Source: Macrostomum lignano (lineage: Eukaryota). From it: a DNA stretch of 64,000 nt. Where the stretch lies: the NCBI GenBank assembly GCA_002269645.1, contig NIVC01001206.1:171850-235849 (forward strand), in the 5' to 3' direction. Of the stretch, positions 22,366 to 47,548 are shown one piece after another. The notes under the pieces are model-generated. The model made no database searches. It was given only the letters and a program-made list of their open reading frames with translations, and was not told the origin of the DNA. The translations under genes were made by a program, and so were the position numbers. Position 1 is the first letter of the stretch. Each line of letters starts with the position of its first letter.

Positions 22366-23178
22366 ACGACCCAGCTATCACTTCTCACTGCCCCTAGTTT
22401 GACTTCTATGTATTCCTTTTGTGTGACAGTCGAGCCTTGTCTAACGGGTTACTTGTCGGCAACATGTTCTAATTTTTTATCTAGCCATCTAACAAGGATC
22501 AATGGATAAAAATCAAGCCAAAAAGCTTTACCTGCTTTTAGCCAAGCACAATTTGAAAGCAACAATGCGAATTTCGATCGGAATGCATTTTTGTTTGAGC
22601 CGTTCATCAGCTACGAGCGCACCTGCCGGATCGAACCGATCTCCCACCCATTAAGAAACCTTTTAGCTGGTCCGCCGTGACAATCCTAAATTGTAAAAAT
22701 GTCAATCAAAACATTTTAGACAAAAGAATACAGTTACAGTTGTGTTTAAATGTTGTATATGATAATCAATAATCATATCACACTTTGCTTTCGAGGTTCC
22801 ATAGAAGCAAAAGTTGGGCATAAGAAGCAAAATCTGCTGCTAAAAGAAGATCAGGCACCAATTTCTTCTTTCTCATCTAAAACTTGATTAAACAGAAAAT
22901 AAGAGAGAGCTGCACTGGCTTTGGCGCAGACGGAATGACCTCATGAGATGCTGCCTGGGGGGCACATGAAGCTGACAGACCGTCACTTTCAATCGCAATG
23001 TTTGCTTCGGAGAAACTTCTCTCTGTCTGTCTCTGTGTTTCTGTGTGTTTCCTCACTTCTCCGTCTCTTTATTTCTTGGCTCCGAATCTCTGCAAGTTTT
23101 CTTTCTTCTTCTTCTGCTGCTGTTGCTGCTTTTGCGCTGAAAGAAATACCCCCCATCCCTAGATTCTATTCCCGCTAG

Positions 23179-23971
23179 CAGTGTTGGGCACTTCCGTTAC
23201 TGAGTAACTTGCAAATGGTAACGCAAGTTACTTTTTCGTAAAGCGTTCCTTACGCAAGTTACTTTTTTATTTTAGTAACGGAGTAGCGGTAAGTTACTCA
23301 AATTTCAGAAGTCCGTTACAGTTACTTTGCAACAATTGCAATATTTAAATTTAAAACTGAAATGCTTAGCTATTACACCGGTTATCACATGTTTTTGCAT
23401 TTTTCATTCCTAAATTCAAATTAAGTGAATAGTATCATGGTATTGCGCTTAATTAATGAAGAAATACTTGAAACATGTTTTACTTTGTTAATTTCGGTAA
23501 AATATTTTCGCCTTTCATTGTCGTTACTAAAAATTTCAAGTTTGATTCAAACAAACAAACAAAGAAAGAAATTCATCTGTAGCCTCCACAAGTCCCTCCA
23601 CTGGCACTGCAGTACACTACACCATTTTATACAGTTCTATTTATTTTACTCTATTGAATTATTGATATTTGTTTATTTTATCATTTATAATTTTAATTAT
23701 TGATTGCCATTGCCCATTTGTCCTTCTACTTGCCTCACATCGTGTCGCCAATTCCTGTCTCTGTCTGTTAATCGGTTAATCCCAATGCCCAATGGCAAAT
23801 TTCGGTAACAACAATGTAAAAAAATGTGCAATGTGAAAAAAGCTGAAAATTTTGTTAATAACATGGGTAACGGAAGTGAGTAACGGACAGTAACTTAAAA
23901 GTTACCAGGTTTTTGTCTAAAGTTACTAGGCTAACGTAAGTTACTTTTTTTGAGTAACTTGCCCAACACTG
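23179..23971. mobile_element. Non-autonomous hAT-superfamily transposon (793 bp)
   Basis: Perfect 12-bp TIR CAGTGTTGGGCA/TGCCCAACACTG; perfect 8-bp TSD CCCGCTAG (23171-23178, 23972-23979); many subterminal AGTTACT/AGTAACT motifs; no transposase ORF. Confidence 0.9.
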
Positions 23972-24371
23972 CCCGCTAGATTCTATCAGACAAAATCAAT
24001 TGACAGGTCGATTTTAGAATTTCTATAATAGACAATAAATGCAAGTTACTCTACTTACTCAGTAGTGCAGTTGGCTTTACAGAAGGCAAATTAATGCCAG
24101 CCCTGAAAGCAGATGTCGATCTACTATTCCTATGCTCTATTTTTAGAGGCATTGCACTGGAAACAGCGAAACCTAATTAGCACCCTGCTTTGCCTTCGCG
24201 TGTCGCCTTGATATCATCTGCTATCCAAGAAGATAATCCCTGCTGCCAAAGCCTCTGATGGATTATAGAAACATCTGGATTGTTTTTGCTTGTATGTATG
24301 ATAAAAATCGATTTTATTTATACTAAAGCCGAGAGCTAATTAAATTTGACCATCTAAATTCAAAACCGGCT

Positions 24372-27300
24372 CAGTGACAGTTTATTGTCAGTTCAGTGGC
24401 AGTTTATTGTCAGTTCAGTGACAGTTTATTGTCAGTTCAGTGACAGTTTATTGTCAGTTCAGTGACAGTTTATTGTCAGTTCAGTGACAGTTTATTGTCA
24501 GTTCAGTGACAGTTTATTGTCAGTTCAGTGACAGTTTATTGTCAGTTCAGTGGCAGTTTATTGTCAGTTCAGTGACAGTTTATTGTCAGTTCAGTGACAG
24601 TTTATTGTCAGTTCAGTGACAGTTTATTGTCAGTTCAGTGACAGTTTATTGTCAGTTCAGTGGCAGTTTATTGTCAGTTCAGTGACAGTTTTTTGTCAGT
24701 TCAGTGGCAGTTTATTGTCAGTTCAGTGACAGTTTATTGTCAGTTCAGTGACAGTATGTTGTCAGTTCAGTGACAGTTTATTGTCAGTTCAGTGACAGTT
24801 TATTGTCAGTTCAGTGGCAGTTTATTGTCAGTTCAGTGACAGTTTATTGTCAGTTCAGTGACAGTTTATTGTCAGTTCAGTGACAGTTTATTGTCAGTTC
24901 AGTGGCAGTTTATTGTCAGTTCAGTGACAGTTTATTGTCAGTTCAGTGACAGTTTATTGTCAGTTCAGTGACAGTTTATTGTCAGTTCAGTGACAGTTTA
25001 TTGTCAGTTCAGTGGCAGTTTATTGTCAGTTCAGTGACAGTTTATTGTCAGTTCAGTGACAGTTTATTGTCAGTTCAGTGGCAGTTTATTGTCAGTTCAG
25101 TGACAGTTTATTGTCAGTTCAGTGACAGTTTATTGTCAGTTCAGTGACAGTTTATTGTCAGTTCAGTGACAGTTTATTGTCAGTTCAGTGACAGCTTATT
25201 GTCAGTTCAGTGACAGTTTATTGTCAGTTCAGTGACAGCTTATTGTCAGTTCAGTGACAGTTTATTGTCAGTTCAGTGACAGTTTATTGTCAGTTCAGTG
25301 ACAGTTTATTGTCAGTTCAGTGACAGTATATTGTCAATTCAGTGACAGTCTCTAGTCAGTTCAGTGACAGTTTATTGTCAGTTCAGTGACAGTATGTTGT
25401 CAGTTCAGTGACAGTTTATTGTCAGTTTAGTGACAGTTTTTTGTCAGTTCAGTGACAGTTTATTGTCAGTTCAGTGACAGTTTATTGTCAGTTCAGTGGC
25501 AGTTTATTGTCAGTTCAGTGACAGTTTTTTGTCAGTTCAGTGGCAGTTTATTTTCAGTTCAGTGACAGTTTATTGTCAGTTCAGTGACAGTATGTTGTCA
25601 GTTCAGTGACAGTTTATTGTCAGTTCAGTGACAGTTTATTGTCAGTTCAGTGGCAGTTTATTGTCAGTTCAGTGACAGTTTTTTGTCAGTTCAGTGGCAG
25701 TTTATTGTCAGTTCAGTGACAGTTTATTGTCAGTTCAGTGACAGTTTATTGTCAGTTCAGTGACAGTTTATTGTCAGTTCAGTGACAGTTTATTGTCAGT
25801 TCAGTGACAGTTTATTGTCAGTTCAGTGACAGTTTATTGTCAGTTCAGTGACAGTTTATTGTCAGTTCAGTGGCAGTTTATTGTCAGTTCAGTGACAGTT
25901 TATTGTCAGTTCAGTGACAGTTTATTGTCAGTTCAGTGACAGTTTATTGTCAGTTCAGTGACAGCTTATTGTCAGTTCAGTGACAGCTTATTGTCAGTTC
26001 AGTGACAGTTTATTGTCAGTTCAGTGACAGTTTATTGTCAGTTCAGTGACAGTTTATTGTCAGTTCAGTGACAGTATATTGTCAATTCAGTGACAGTCTC
26101 TAGTCAGTTCAGTGACAGTTTATTGTCAGTTCAGTGACAGTATGTTGTCAGTTCAGTGACAGTTTATTGTCAGTTCAGTGACAGTTTTTTGTCAGTTCAG
26201 TGACAGTTTATTGTCAGTTCAGTGACAGTTTATTGTCAGTTCAGTGGCAGTTTATTGTCAGTTCAGTGACAGTTTTTTGTCAGTTCAGTGGCAGTTTATT
26301 GTCAGTTCAGTGACAGTTTATTGTCAGTTCAGTGACAGTATGTTGTCAGTTCAGTGACAGTTTATTGTCAGTTCAGTGACAGTTTATTGTCAGTTCAGTG
26401 GCAGTTTATTGTCAGTTCAGTGACAGTTTTTTGTCAGTTCAGTGGCAGATTATTGTCAGTTCAGTGACAGTTTATTGTCAGTTCAGTGACAGTTTATTGT
26501 CAGTTCAGTGACAGTTTATTGTCAGTTAAGTGACAGTATATTGTCAATTCAGTGACAGTCTCTAGTCAGTTCAGTGACAGTTTATTGTCAGTTCAGTGAC
26601 AGTATGTTGTCAGTTCAGTGACAGTTTATTGTCAGTTCAGTGACAGTTTTTTGTCAGTTCAGTGACAGTTTATTGTCAGTTCAGTGACAGTTTATTGTCA
26701 GTTCAGTGGCAGTTTATTGTCAGTTCAGTGACAGTTTTTTGTCAGTTCAGTGGCAGTTTATTGTCAGTTCAGTGACAGTTTATTGTCAGTTCAGTGACAG
26801 TTTATTGTCAGTTCAGTGACAGTTTATTGTCAGTTCAGTGGCAGTTTATTGTCAGTTCAGTGACAGTTTATTGTCAGTTCAGTGACAGTTTATTGTCAGT
26901 TCAGTGACAGTTTATTGTCAGTTCAGTGACAGTTTATTGTCAGTTCAGTGACAGTATGTTGTCAGTTCAGTGACAGTTTATTGTCAGTTCAGTGACAGTT
27001 TATTGTCAGTTCAGTGACAGCTTATTGTCAGTTCAGTGACAGCTTATTGTCAGTTCAGTGACAGTTTATTGTCAGTTCAGTGACAGTTTATTGTCAGTTC
27101 AGTGACAGTTTATTGTCAGTTCAGTGGCAGTTTATTGTCAGTTCAGTGACAGTTTTTTGTCAGTTCAGTGGCAGTTTATTGTCAGTTCAGTGACAGTTTA
27201 TTGTCAGTTCAGTGACAGTATGTTGTCAGTTCAGTGACAGTTTATTGTCAGTTCAGTGACAGTTTATTGTCAGTTCAGTGGCAGTTTATTGTCAGTTCAG

Positions 27301-29925
27301 TGACAGTTTTTTGTCAGTTCAGTGGCAGTTTATTGTCAGTTCAGTGACAGTTTATTGTCAGTTCAGTGACAGTTTATTGTCAGTTCAGTGACAGTTTATT
27401 GTCAGTTCAGTGACAGTTTATTGTCAGTTCAGTGGCAGTTTATTGTCAGTTCAGTGACAGTTTATTGTCAGTTCAGTGACAGTTTATTGTCAGTTCAGTG
27501 GCAGTTTATTGTCAGTTCAGTGACAGTTTATTGTCAGTTCAGTGACAGTTTATTGTCAGTTCAGTGACAGTTTATTGTCAGTTCAGTGACAGTTTATTGT
27601 CAGTTCAGTGACAGCTTATTGTCAGTTCAGTGACAGTTTATTGTCAGTTCAGTGACAGCTTATTGTCAGTTCAGTGACAGTTTATTGTCAGTTCAGTGAC
27701 AGTTTATTGTCAGTTCAGTGACAGTTTATTGTCAGTTCAGTGACAGTATATTGTCAATTCAGTGACAGTCTCTAGTCAGTTCAGTGACAGTTTATTGTCA
27801 GTTCAGTGACAGTATGTTGTCAGTTCAGTGACAGTTTATTGTCAGTTTAGTGACAGTTTTTTGTCAGTTCAGTGACAGTTTATTGTCAGTTCAGTGACAG
27901 TTTATTGTCAGTTCAGTGGCAGTTTATTGTCAGTTCAGTGACAGTTTTTTGTCAGTTCAGTGGCAGTTTATTTTCAGTTCAGTGACAGTTTATTGTCAGT
28001 TCAGTGACAGTATGTTGTCAGTTCAGTGACAGTTTATTGTCAGTTCAGTGACAGTTTATTGTCAGTTCAGTGGCAGTTTATTGTCAGTTCAGTGACAGTT
28101 TTTTGTCAGTTCAGTGGCAGTTTATTGTCAGTTCAGTGACAGTTTATTGTCAGTTCAGTGACAGTTTATTGTCAGTTCAGTGACAGTTTATTGTCAGTTC
28201 AGTGACAGTTTATTGTCAGTTCAGTGACAGTTTATTGTCAGTTCAGTGACAGTTTATTGTCAGTTCAGTGACAGTTTATTGTCAGTTCAGTGGCAGTTTA
28301 TTGTCAGTTCAGTGACAGTTTATTGTCAGTTCAGTGACAGTTTATTGTCAGTTCAGTGACAGTTTATTGTCAGTTCAGTGACAGCTTATTGTCAGTTCAG
28401 TGACAGCTTATTGTCAGTTCAGTGACAGTTTATTGTCAGTTCAGTGACAGTTTATTGTCAGTTCAGTGACAGTTTATTGTCAGTTCAGTGACAGTATATT
28501 GTCAATTCAGTGACAGTCTCTAGTCAGTTCAGTGACAGTTTATTGTCAGTTCAGTGACAGTATGTTGTCAGTTCAGTGACAGTTTATTGTCAGTTCAGTG
28601 ACAGTTTTTTGTCAGTTCAGTGACAGTTTATTGTCAGTTCAGTGACAGTTTATTGTCAGTTCAGTGGCAGTTTATTGTCAGTTCAGTGACAGTTTTTGTC
28701 AGTTCAGTGGCAGTTTATTGTCAGTTCAGTGACAGTTTATTGTCAGTTCAGTGACAGTATGTTGTCAGTTCAGTGACAGTTTATTGTCAGTTCAGTGACA
28801 GTTTATTGTCAGTTCAGTGGCAGTTTATTGTCAGTTCAGTGACAGTTTTTTGTCAGTTCAGTGGCAGTTTATTGTCAGTTCAGTGACAGTTTATTGTCAG
28901 TTCAGTGACAGTTTATTGTCAGTTCAGTGACAGTTTATTGTCAGTTAAGTGACAGTATATTGTCAATTCAGTGACAGTCTCTAGTCAGTTCAGTGACAGT
29001 TTATTGTCAGTTCAGTGACAGTATGTTGTCAGTTCAGTGACAGTTTATTGTCAGTTCAGTGACAGTTTTTTGTCAGTTCAGTGACAGTTTATTGTCAGTT
29101 CAGTGACAGTTTATTGTCAGTTCAGTGGCAGTTTATTGTCAGTTCAGTGACAGTTTTTTGTCAGTTCAGTGGCAGTTTATTGTCAGTTCAGTGACAGTTT
29201 ATTGTCAGTTCAGTGACAGTTTATTGTCAGTTCAGTGACAGTTTATTGTCAGTTCAGTGGCAGTTTATTGTCAGTTCAGTGACAGTTTATTGTCAGTTCA
29301 GTGACAGTTTATTGTCAGTTCAGTGACAGTTTATTGTCAGTTCAGTGACAGTTTATTGTCAGTTCAGTGACAGTATGTTGTCAGTTCAGTGACAGTTTAT
29401 TGTCAGTTCAGTGACAGTTTATTGTCAGTTCAGTGACAGCTTATTGTCAGTTCAGTGACAGCTTATTGTCAGTTCAGTGACAGTTTATTGTCAGTTCAGT
29501 GACAGTTTATTGTCAGTTCAGTGACAGTTTATTGTCAGTTCAGTGACAGTATATTGTCAATTCAGTGACAGTCTCTAGTCAGTTCAGTGACAGTTTATTG
29601 TCAGTTCAGTGACAGTATGTTGTCAGTTCAGTGACAGTATGTTGTCAGTTCAGTGACAGTTTATTGTCAGTTCAGTGACAGTTTATTGTCAGTTCAGTGA
29701 CAGTTTATTGTCAGTTCAGTGACAGTTTATTGTCAGTTCAGTGACAGTATGTTGTCAGTTCAGTGACAGTATGTTGTCAGTTCAGTGACAGTTTATTGTC
29801 AGTTCAGTGACAGTTTATTGTCAGTTCAGTGACAGTTTATTGTCAGTTCAGTGACAGTTTATTGTCAGTTCAGTGACAGTTTATTGTCAGTTCAGTGACA
29901 GTTTATTGTCAGTTCAGTGACAGTA
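24372..29925. repeat. 22-bp satellite (CAGTTTATTGTCAGTTCAGTGA), ~250 copies, with 2420-bp higher-order duplication
   Basis: Direct inspection; rare variants recur at +2420 bp. Confidence 0.95.
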
Positions 29926-30654
29926 TTAACTTGGAAAAATATCCTTAGTCACGTGTGTAATTCTGAGTACCCCTGAGTCTGAGCCAACTCTTGATCCTGT
30001 TGCCTGAGGACTCAGCAAACCCGCGGACACGAGAACGAACTTCTGCCGCATCGTAAATAACTGTCAGACTTATCAGTGACATGTTTTTGTTGCCCCGACC
30101 GCCCCCACCAGTGCAGCCAAAAAACAGTGCCAACTTAGATAAAGTGCACGGGTCAACTCTGCGTGTTTAATCATGGCAGCTTCTGAGGCCCGAAGGAAGG
30201 TGTCAGAAATTTTTTAGGGTTGTCTTTCATTAAAAAATCGAGGAGCGAAAAGAAAGTCTATTTCATATTTTTTCCATTTCTCTCCAATCACAAAAAGTCG
30301 ATTTGCTAATAAATAGAAATTTCATAAAATAATTGCGAAGTTCCCACAAAAACAGCAAATGTTATAATTAAGAGAATTCTCATCATCAGAAGGACTATTT
30401 GGGACAACTTGGAGATCCCTTCGAGGTTCTCTTAAATCCAGGTCAACACAACAGTAGAATTACGTAGAACGCCGTTAAGACAAGTCAATAATTGCTTCTG
30501 AAAGGTTTGAATTATTCACTGAAAAACTCTAGGTATTTCAGTTCCTAAGAAGATGGACTTTTTCTTCGTGTACTCAATAACCTTGGAGTAAACTAGCTCA
30601 ATTCTCTTCTCATCTCTGCCATCTCTTCTCTCTCTTCTCTTCTCTATTCTCTTC

Positions 30655-31762
30655 TCTAGTGTCATTGTCAGTTCAGCTCCAATGTCAGTTCAGCTCCAAT
30701 GTCAGTTCAGTGTCATTGTCAGTTCAGCTCCAATGTCAGTTCAGTGTCATTGTCAGTTCAGCTCCAATTTCAGTTCAGCTCCAATGTCAGTTCAGCTCCA
30801 ATGTCAGTTCAGCTCCAATGTCAGTTCAGCTCCAATGTCAGTTCAGCTCCAATGTCAGTTCAGCTCCAATGTCAGTTCAGTGTCATTGTCAGTTCAGCTC
30901 CAATTTCAGTTCAGCTCCAATGTCAGTTCAGCTCCAATGTCAGTTCAGTGTCATTGTCAGTTCAGCTCCAATTTCAGTTCAGCTCCAATGTCAGTTCAGC
31001 TCCAATGTCAGTTCAGCTCCAATGTCAGTTCAGCTCCAATGTCAGTTCAGCTCCAATGTCAGTTCAGCTCCAATTTCAGTTCAGCTCCAATGTCAGTTCA
31101 GTGTCATTGTCAGTTCAGCTCCAATGTCACTTCAGCTCCAATGTCACTTCAGCTCCAATGTCACTTCAGCTCCAATGTCAGTTCAGTGTCATTGTCAGTT
31201 CAGCTCCAATTTCAGTTCAGCTCCAATGTCAGTTCAGCTCCAATTTCAGTTCAGCTCCAATGTCAGTTCAGCTCCAATGTCAGTTCAGCTCCAATGTCAG
31301 TTCAGCTCCAATGTCAGTTCAGCTCCAATGTCAGTTCAGCTCCAATGTCAGTTCAGCTCCAATGTCACCTCAGCTCCAATGTCACTTCAGCTCCAATGTC
31401 AGTTCAGTGTCATTGTCAGTTCAGCTCCAATGTCAGTTCAGCTCCAATGTCAGTTCAGCTCCAATGTCACTTCAGCTCCAATGTCACTTCAGCTCCAATG
31501 TCACATCAGCTCCAATGTCAGTTCAGCTCCAATGTCAGTTCAGTGTCATTGTCAGTTCAGCTCCAATGTCAGTTCAGCTCCAATGTCAGTTCAGCTCCAA
31601 TGTCAGTTCACCTCCAATTTCAGTTCAGCTCCAATGTCAGTTCACCTCCAATGTCAGTTCAGCTCCAATGTCAGTTCAGCTCCAATGTCAGTTCACCTCC
31701 AATGTCAGTTCAGCTCCAATGTCAGTTCAGCTCCAATGTCAGTTCAGCTCCAATGTCAGTCT
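30655..31762. repeat. 17-bp satellite (CAGTTCAGCTCCAATGT / CAGTTCAGTGTCATTGT)
   Basis: Direct inspection. Confidence 0.92.
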
Positions 31763-32254
31763 AGCTCCACATTACTCTCCTTCTCACTTCATATCAGTCT
31801 CGTTCTCACTCTCTCTGACTCTCTTGCTGTCACTCGCTTCTCTTTCTTCGCATGCAGTGGCCTTGAACTTTGCTTTACTTACAGGTGCAACTTAGATTGC
31901 ACCTGTCTTCAAGCGCTGGACAGCATACCCGATGCTTTACCGCCGATGATTAAACGGCTCTCCAACATGTGGCTCGTAGAAAAGTCTGTTGTCTTGAAAC
32001 TGTCCGAACTCTCCTGAACTGCTCCAAAACAATGCAGAACCTGTTGATTGCAAAGCAGCGAAATAATTATTATGACAGGGAGATGCATAATTAGTATGCC
32101 CCTTTATATCATTCCTACTAGACTTTGAAACTGCGTGCAATGGTCGCTTCGAAGGGCAAGAGACAGCAGGATAGTGAAGGGCCTATGGAGGCTTCTCTCT
32201 GTCATTGCAGTGTCATTGAAAGTTTAGCGACACCGTCAGCTGAGCGTCAGTGTC

Positions 32255-32870
32255 GGTTCAGTGTCATTGTCAGTTTAGTGTCATTGTCAGTTTAGTGGCA
32301 TTGTCAGTTTAGTGTCATTGTCAGTTTAGTGTCATTGTCAGTTTAGTGTCATTGTCAGTTTAGTGGCATTGTCAGTTTAGTGTCATTGTCAGTTTAGTGT
32401 CATTGTCAGTTTAGTGTCATTGTCAGTTTAGTGTCATTGTCAGTTTAGTGTCATTGTCAGTTTAGTGTCATTGTCAGTTTAGTGTCATTGTCAGTTTAGT
32501 GTCATTGTCAGTTTAGTGTCATTGTCAGTTTAGTGTCATTGTCAGTTTAGTGTCATTGTCAGTTTAGTGTCATTGTCAGTTTAGTGTCATTGTCAGTTTA
32601 GTGGCATTGTCAGTTTAGTGTCATTGTCAGTTTAGTGTCATTGTCAGTTTAGTGTCATTGTCAGTTTAGTGTCATTGTCAGTTTAGTGTCACTGTCAGTT
32701 TAGTGTCATTGTCAGTTTAGTGTCATTGTCAGTCCAGCTTCATTGTCAGTCCAGCTCCAATGTCAGTCCAGCTCCAATGTCAGTCCAGCTCCAATGTCAG
32801 TCCAGCTCCAATGTCAGTTCAGCTCCAATGTCAGTTCAGCTCCAATGTCAGCTCAGTGTCATTGTCAGTT
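32255..32870. repeat. 17-bp satellite (CAGTTTAGTGTCATTGT grading into CAGTCCAGCTCCAATGT)
   Basis: Direct inspection; same family as 30655-31762. Confidence 0.9.
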
Positions 32871-33289
32871 CAAACAAAGCACAGGATCTGTTGTGCCAAT
32901 TTTTTCCGTTTGCGTCAGCAAAACAGAGGCGCAATGTACTTTACGCAAAGCCCGGCCTGCACTGGCGTAATTATGTCCGTAATTTTATCAGATTTAATTA
33001 AATAAGTCAGTAAAACTGGACCCGAAGACTGCAGTCCCCACCCTTTGATCTCGGCGCTTTTGCACTGGGCAAGCCGCGTAAACATCTTTCTTTAAAAAGT
33101 CACACTTGCACCAGAAAGAACTGGGGAAGGAAAAGCCGGAGGGGGGCTGCACTTTGAAAACCGCACTGAAAATCTAATAAAAAGCCTTTCTAAAACGAGT
33201 TTGATAATTTGACCAACATCCTTGTTTGTAGAGTTCTCAACAACAACAAAGTACGCATCCCCGTATGTTAGGTTACATTTTGAGCAGGG

Positions 33290-33800
33290 CGCGTCAGATG
33301 GCTGAACGGGCCCTGAAAGGTGAGCAGCAGGACGTCCTGAACAGGTTGGGGGCAGTAGCCCTCGGCCCGGATCACGTGGTCTGCCAGTCGAAGTCGCCAC
33401 CGATGCAGGATGGTGGGCGGGCGCTGCAGCTTGGCCCGATCGTACAGGGCCTCGGTCCCGACGCTCTCGTCAGCTCGAAAGGCCGCACGGAGCAGCTCTG
33501 AGTGCGCCGAGTCCAACTGCCGCTCCAGTGTAACCGTCAGCGTCCACGTCTCGGCGTTGTATAGCAGGACCACCGCCTGCCACAGCCGAGCCCTCTGGCG
33601 GTCGGGCAGCGCTTTGGACTGGAGGACGGCTCGGATCGAACGGAAGGCCGCCCAGGCAAGTCCTTTGCAAGACCTCAACCAGCCTGTCAATCTGGACGAG
33701 GACAGGAGGGCGGAGTCGTCGGCGTAGCCAAGCACGCTCAGACGCTTTTCGCTGTGGCGGCGCAGCAGGAAGCCGTCGTCAGCCGAGGGGAGTGCGGTCC
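33290..33800 (-). mobile_element. RTE-clade-like non-LTR retrotransposon RT fragment with internal deletion
   Basis: ORF 33268-33825: LGYADDSALL catalytic motif fused almost directly to the post-RT block LLYNAETWTL...RLRLADHVIR typical of RTE/CR1-group elements. Confidence 0.75.
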
Positions 33801-33864
33801 GTGAAATATGGAAATTGTGGTGCATATTCGCTCCCGAGCTCTGTCTGCCCCTCAGCTACGTCTT

Positions 33865-34200
33865 GCTACATCTCACTCTCCCTCTCACTCTCCCTCTCAC
33901 TCTCCCTCTCACTCTCCCTCTCACTCTCCCTCTCACTCTCCCTCTCACTCTCCCTCTCACTCTCCCTCTCACTCTCCCTCTCACTCTCCCTCTCACTCTC
34001 CCTCTCACTCTCCCTCTCACTCTCCCTCTCACTCTCCCTCTCACTCTCCCTCTCACTCTCCCTCTCACTCTCCCTCTCACTCTCCCTCTCACTCTCCCTC
34101 TCCCTCTCCCTCTCACTCTCCCTCTTACTCTCCCTCGCACTCTCTCTCTCACTCTCCCTCTCACTCTCCCTCTCACTCCCCTCCAGCTCTTACTCTCACT
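33865..34200. repeat. 12-bp pyrimidine repeat (CTCTCACTCTCC)
   Basis: Direct inspection. Confidence 0.9.
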
Positions 34201-34409
34201 CTTCTTTCACTTACACTCTCACTCTACCTCTCACTCTCCAGCTTTCACTGTCCGCCTCTTATTTAAAAATCCTCTAGCACTAAGAATCTAATAATTCACC
34301 TAATTCTTTTCGCTCTCACCTTTCAAGCTCCTCTGTCTAGACTGTCTCAATGTACCCCCTCAGCAGAGCAGCTTTCACTGCACTTCTTAGCCAGCAGCCG
34401 AGCTACAAT

Positions 34410-34475
34410 CTGATTGGCTGAGCCACAGATTAACGCGCCGGTCCTTCCAACCCCCCGATCCGCCTTATATTGCCC
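34410..34475 (+). promoter_or_regulatory. Possible core promoter of the class A GPCR (reverse CCAAT box plus TATA-like element)
   Basis: CTGATTGGCT (ATTGG 34413-34417) and TTATATT 34465-34471, ~120-170 bp upstream of the putative ATG 34588. Confidence 0.3.
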
Positions 34476-34587
34476 GACGGGACAGGAAAATCCCCCCTAA
34501 GCCCACAAGAATTCTCCCAAACGGAAACCCCAGCTTAATCTGTCTACTCTCTAAGATATTCACCATAAAATTATTCACCGACAACTC

Positions 34588-46607
<12,020 letters not shown>

Positions 46608-46657
46608 AGGATGATGGAGGAGATGAATCAGCTTGATGCTGACCCAACCGACCTTTT

Positions 46658-47548
46658 GATGATAACCCATCTGACCCTTAGATGATAACCCATCTGACCC
46701 TTAGATGATAACCCATCTGACCCTTAGATGATAACCCATCTGACCCTTAGATGATAACCCATCTGACCCTTAGATGATAACCCATCTGACCCTTAGATGA
46801 TAACCCATCTGACCTTTAGATGATGACTCATCTGACCCTTAGATGATAACCCATCTGACCCTTAGATGATAACCCATCTGACCCTTAGATGATAACCCAT
46901 CTGACCCTTAGATGATAACCCATCTGACCCTTAGATGATAACCCATCTGACCATTAGATGATGACCCATCTGACCCTTAGATGATAACCCATCTGACCCT
47001 TAGATGATGACCCATCTGACCCTTAGATGATAACCCATCTGACCCTTAGATGATGACCCATCTGACCCTTAGATGATAACCCATCTGACCTTTAGATGAT
47101 AACCCATCTGACCTTTAGATGATAACCCATCTGACCCTTAGATGATAACCCATCTGACCTTTAGATGATGACCCATCTGACCCTTAGATGATAACCCATC
47201 TGACCTTTAGATGATGACCCATCTGACCCTTAGATGATAACCCATCTGACCCTTAGATGATAACCCATCTGACCCTTAGATGATAACCCATCTGACCATT
47301 AGATGATGACCCATCTGACCCTTAGATGATAACCCATCTGACCCTTAGATGATAACCCATCTGACCATTAGATGATAACCCATCTGACCCTTAGATGATA
47401 ACCCATCTGACCCTTAGGTGATGACTCGTCTGAATCTTAGGTGATTACTCATCTGACCCTTAGGTGATGACTCATCTGACCCTTAGGTGATGACTCATCT
47501 GACCCTTAGGTGATGACTCGTCTGAATCTTAGGTGATGACTCATCTGA
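46658..47548. repeat. 23-bp minisatellite (GATAACCCATCTGACCCTTAGAT), ~38 copies, just 3' of the GPCR stop
   Basis: Direct inspection. Confidence 0.93.

Noticed and set aside
22570-22680. Minus-strand CTGATGA...CGAAA hammerhead candidate and GGTTCGATCC tRNA-like T-loop
   Set aside because: Stem I has no partner, the stem II closing pair mismatches, and the T-stem does not pair.
22990-23150. Minus-strand coiled-coil-like frame (AAEEERKLAEIRSQEIKRRR)
   Set aside because: Derives from short AAG/CAG/AG runs; no linkable partner exons found.
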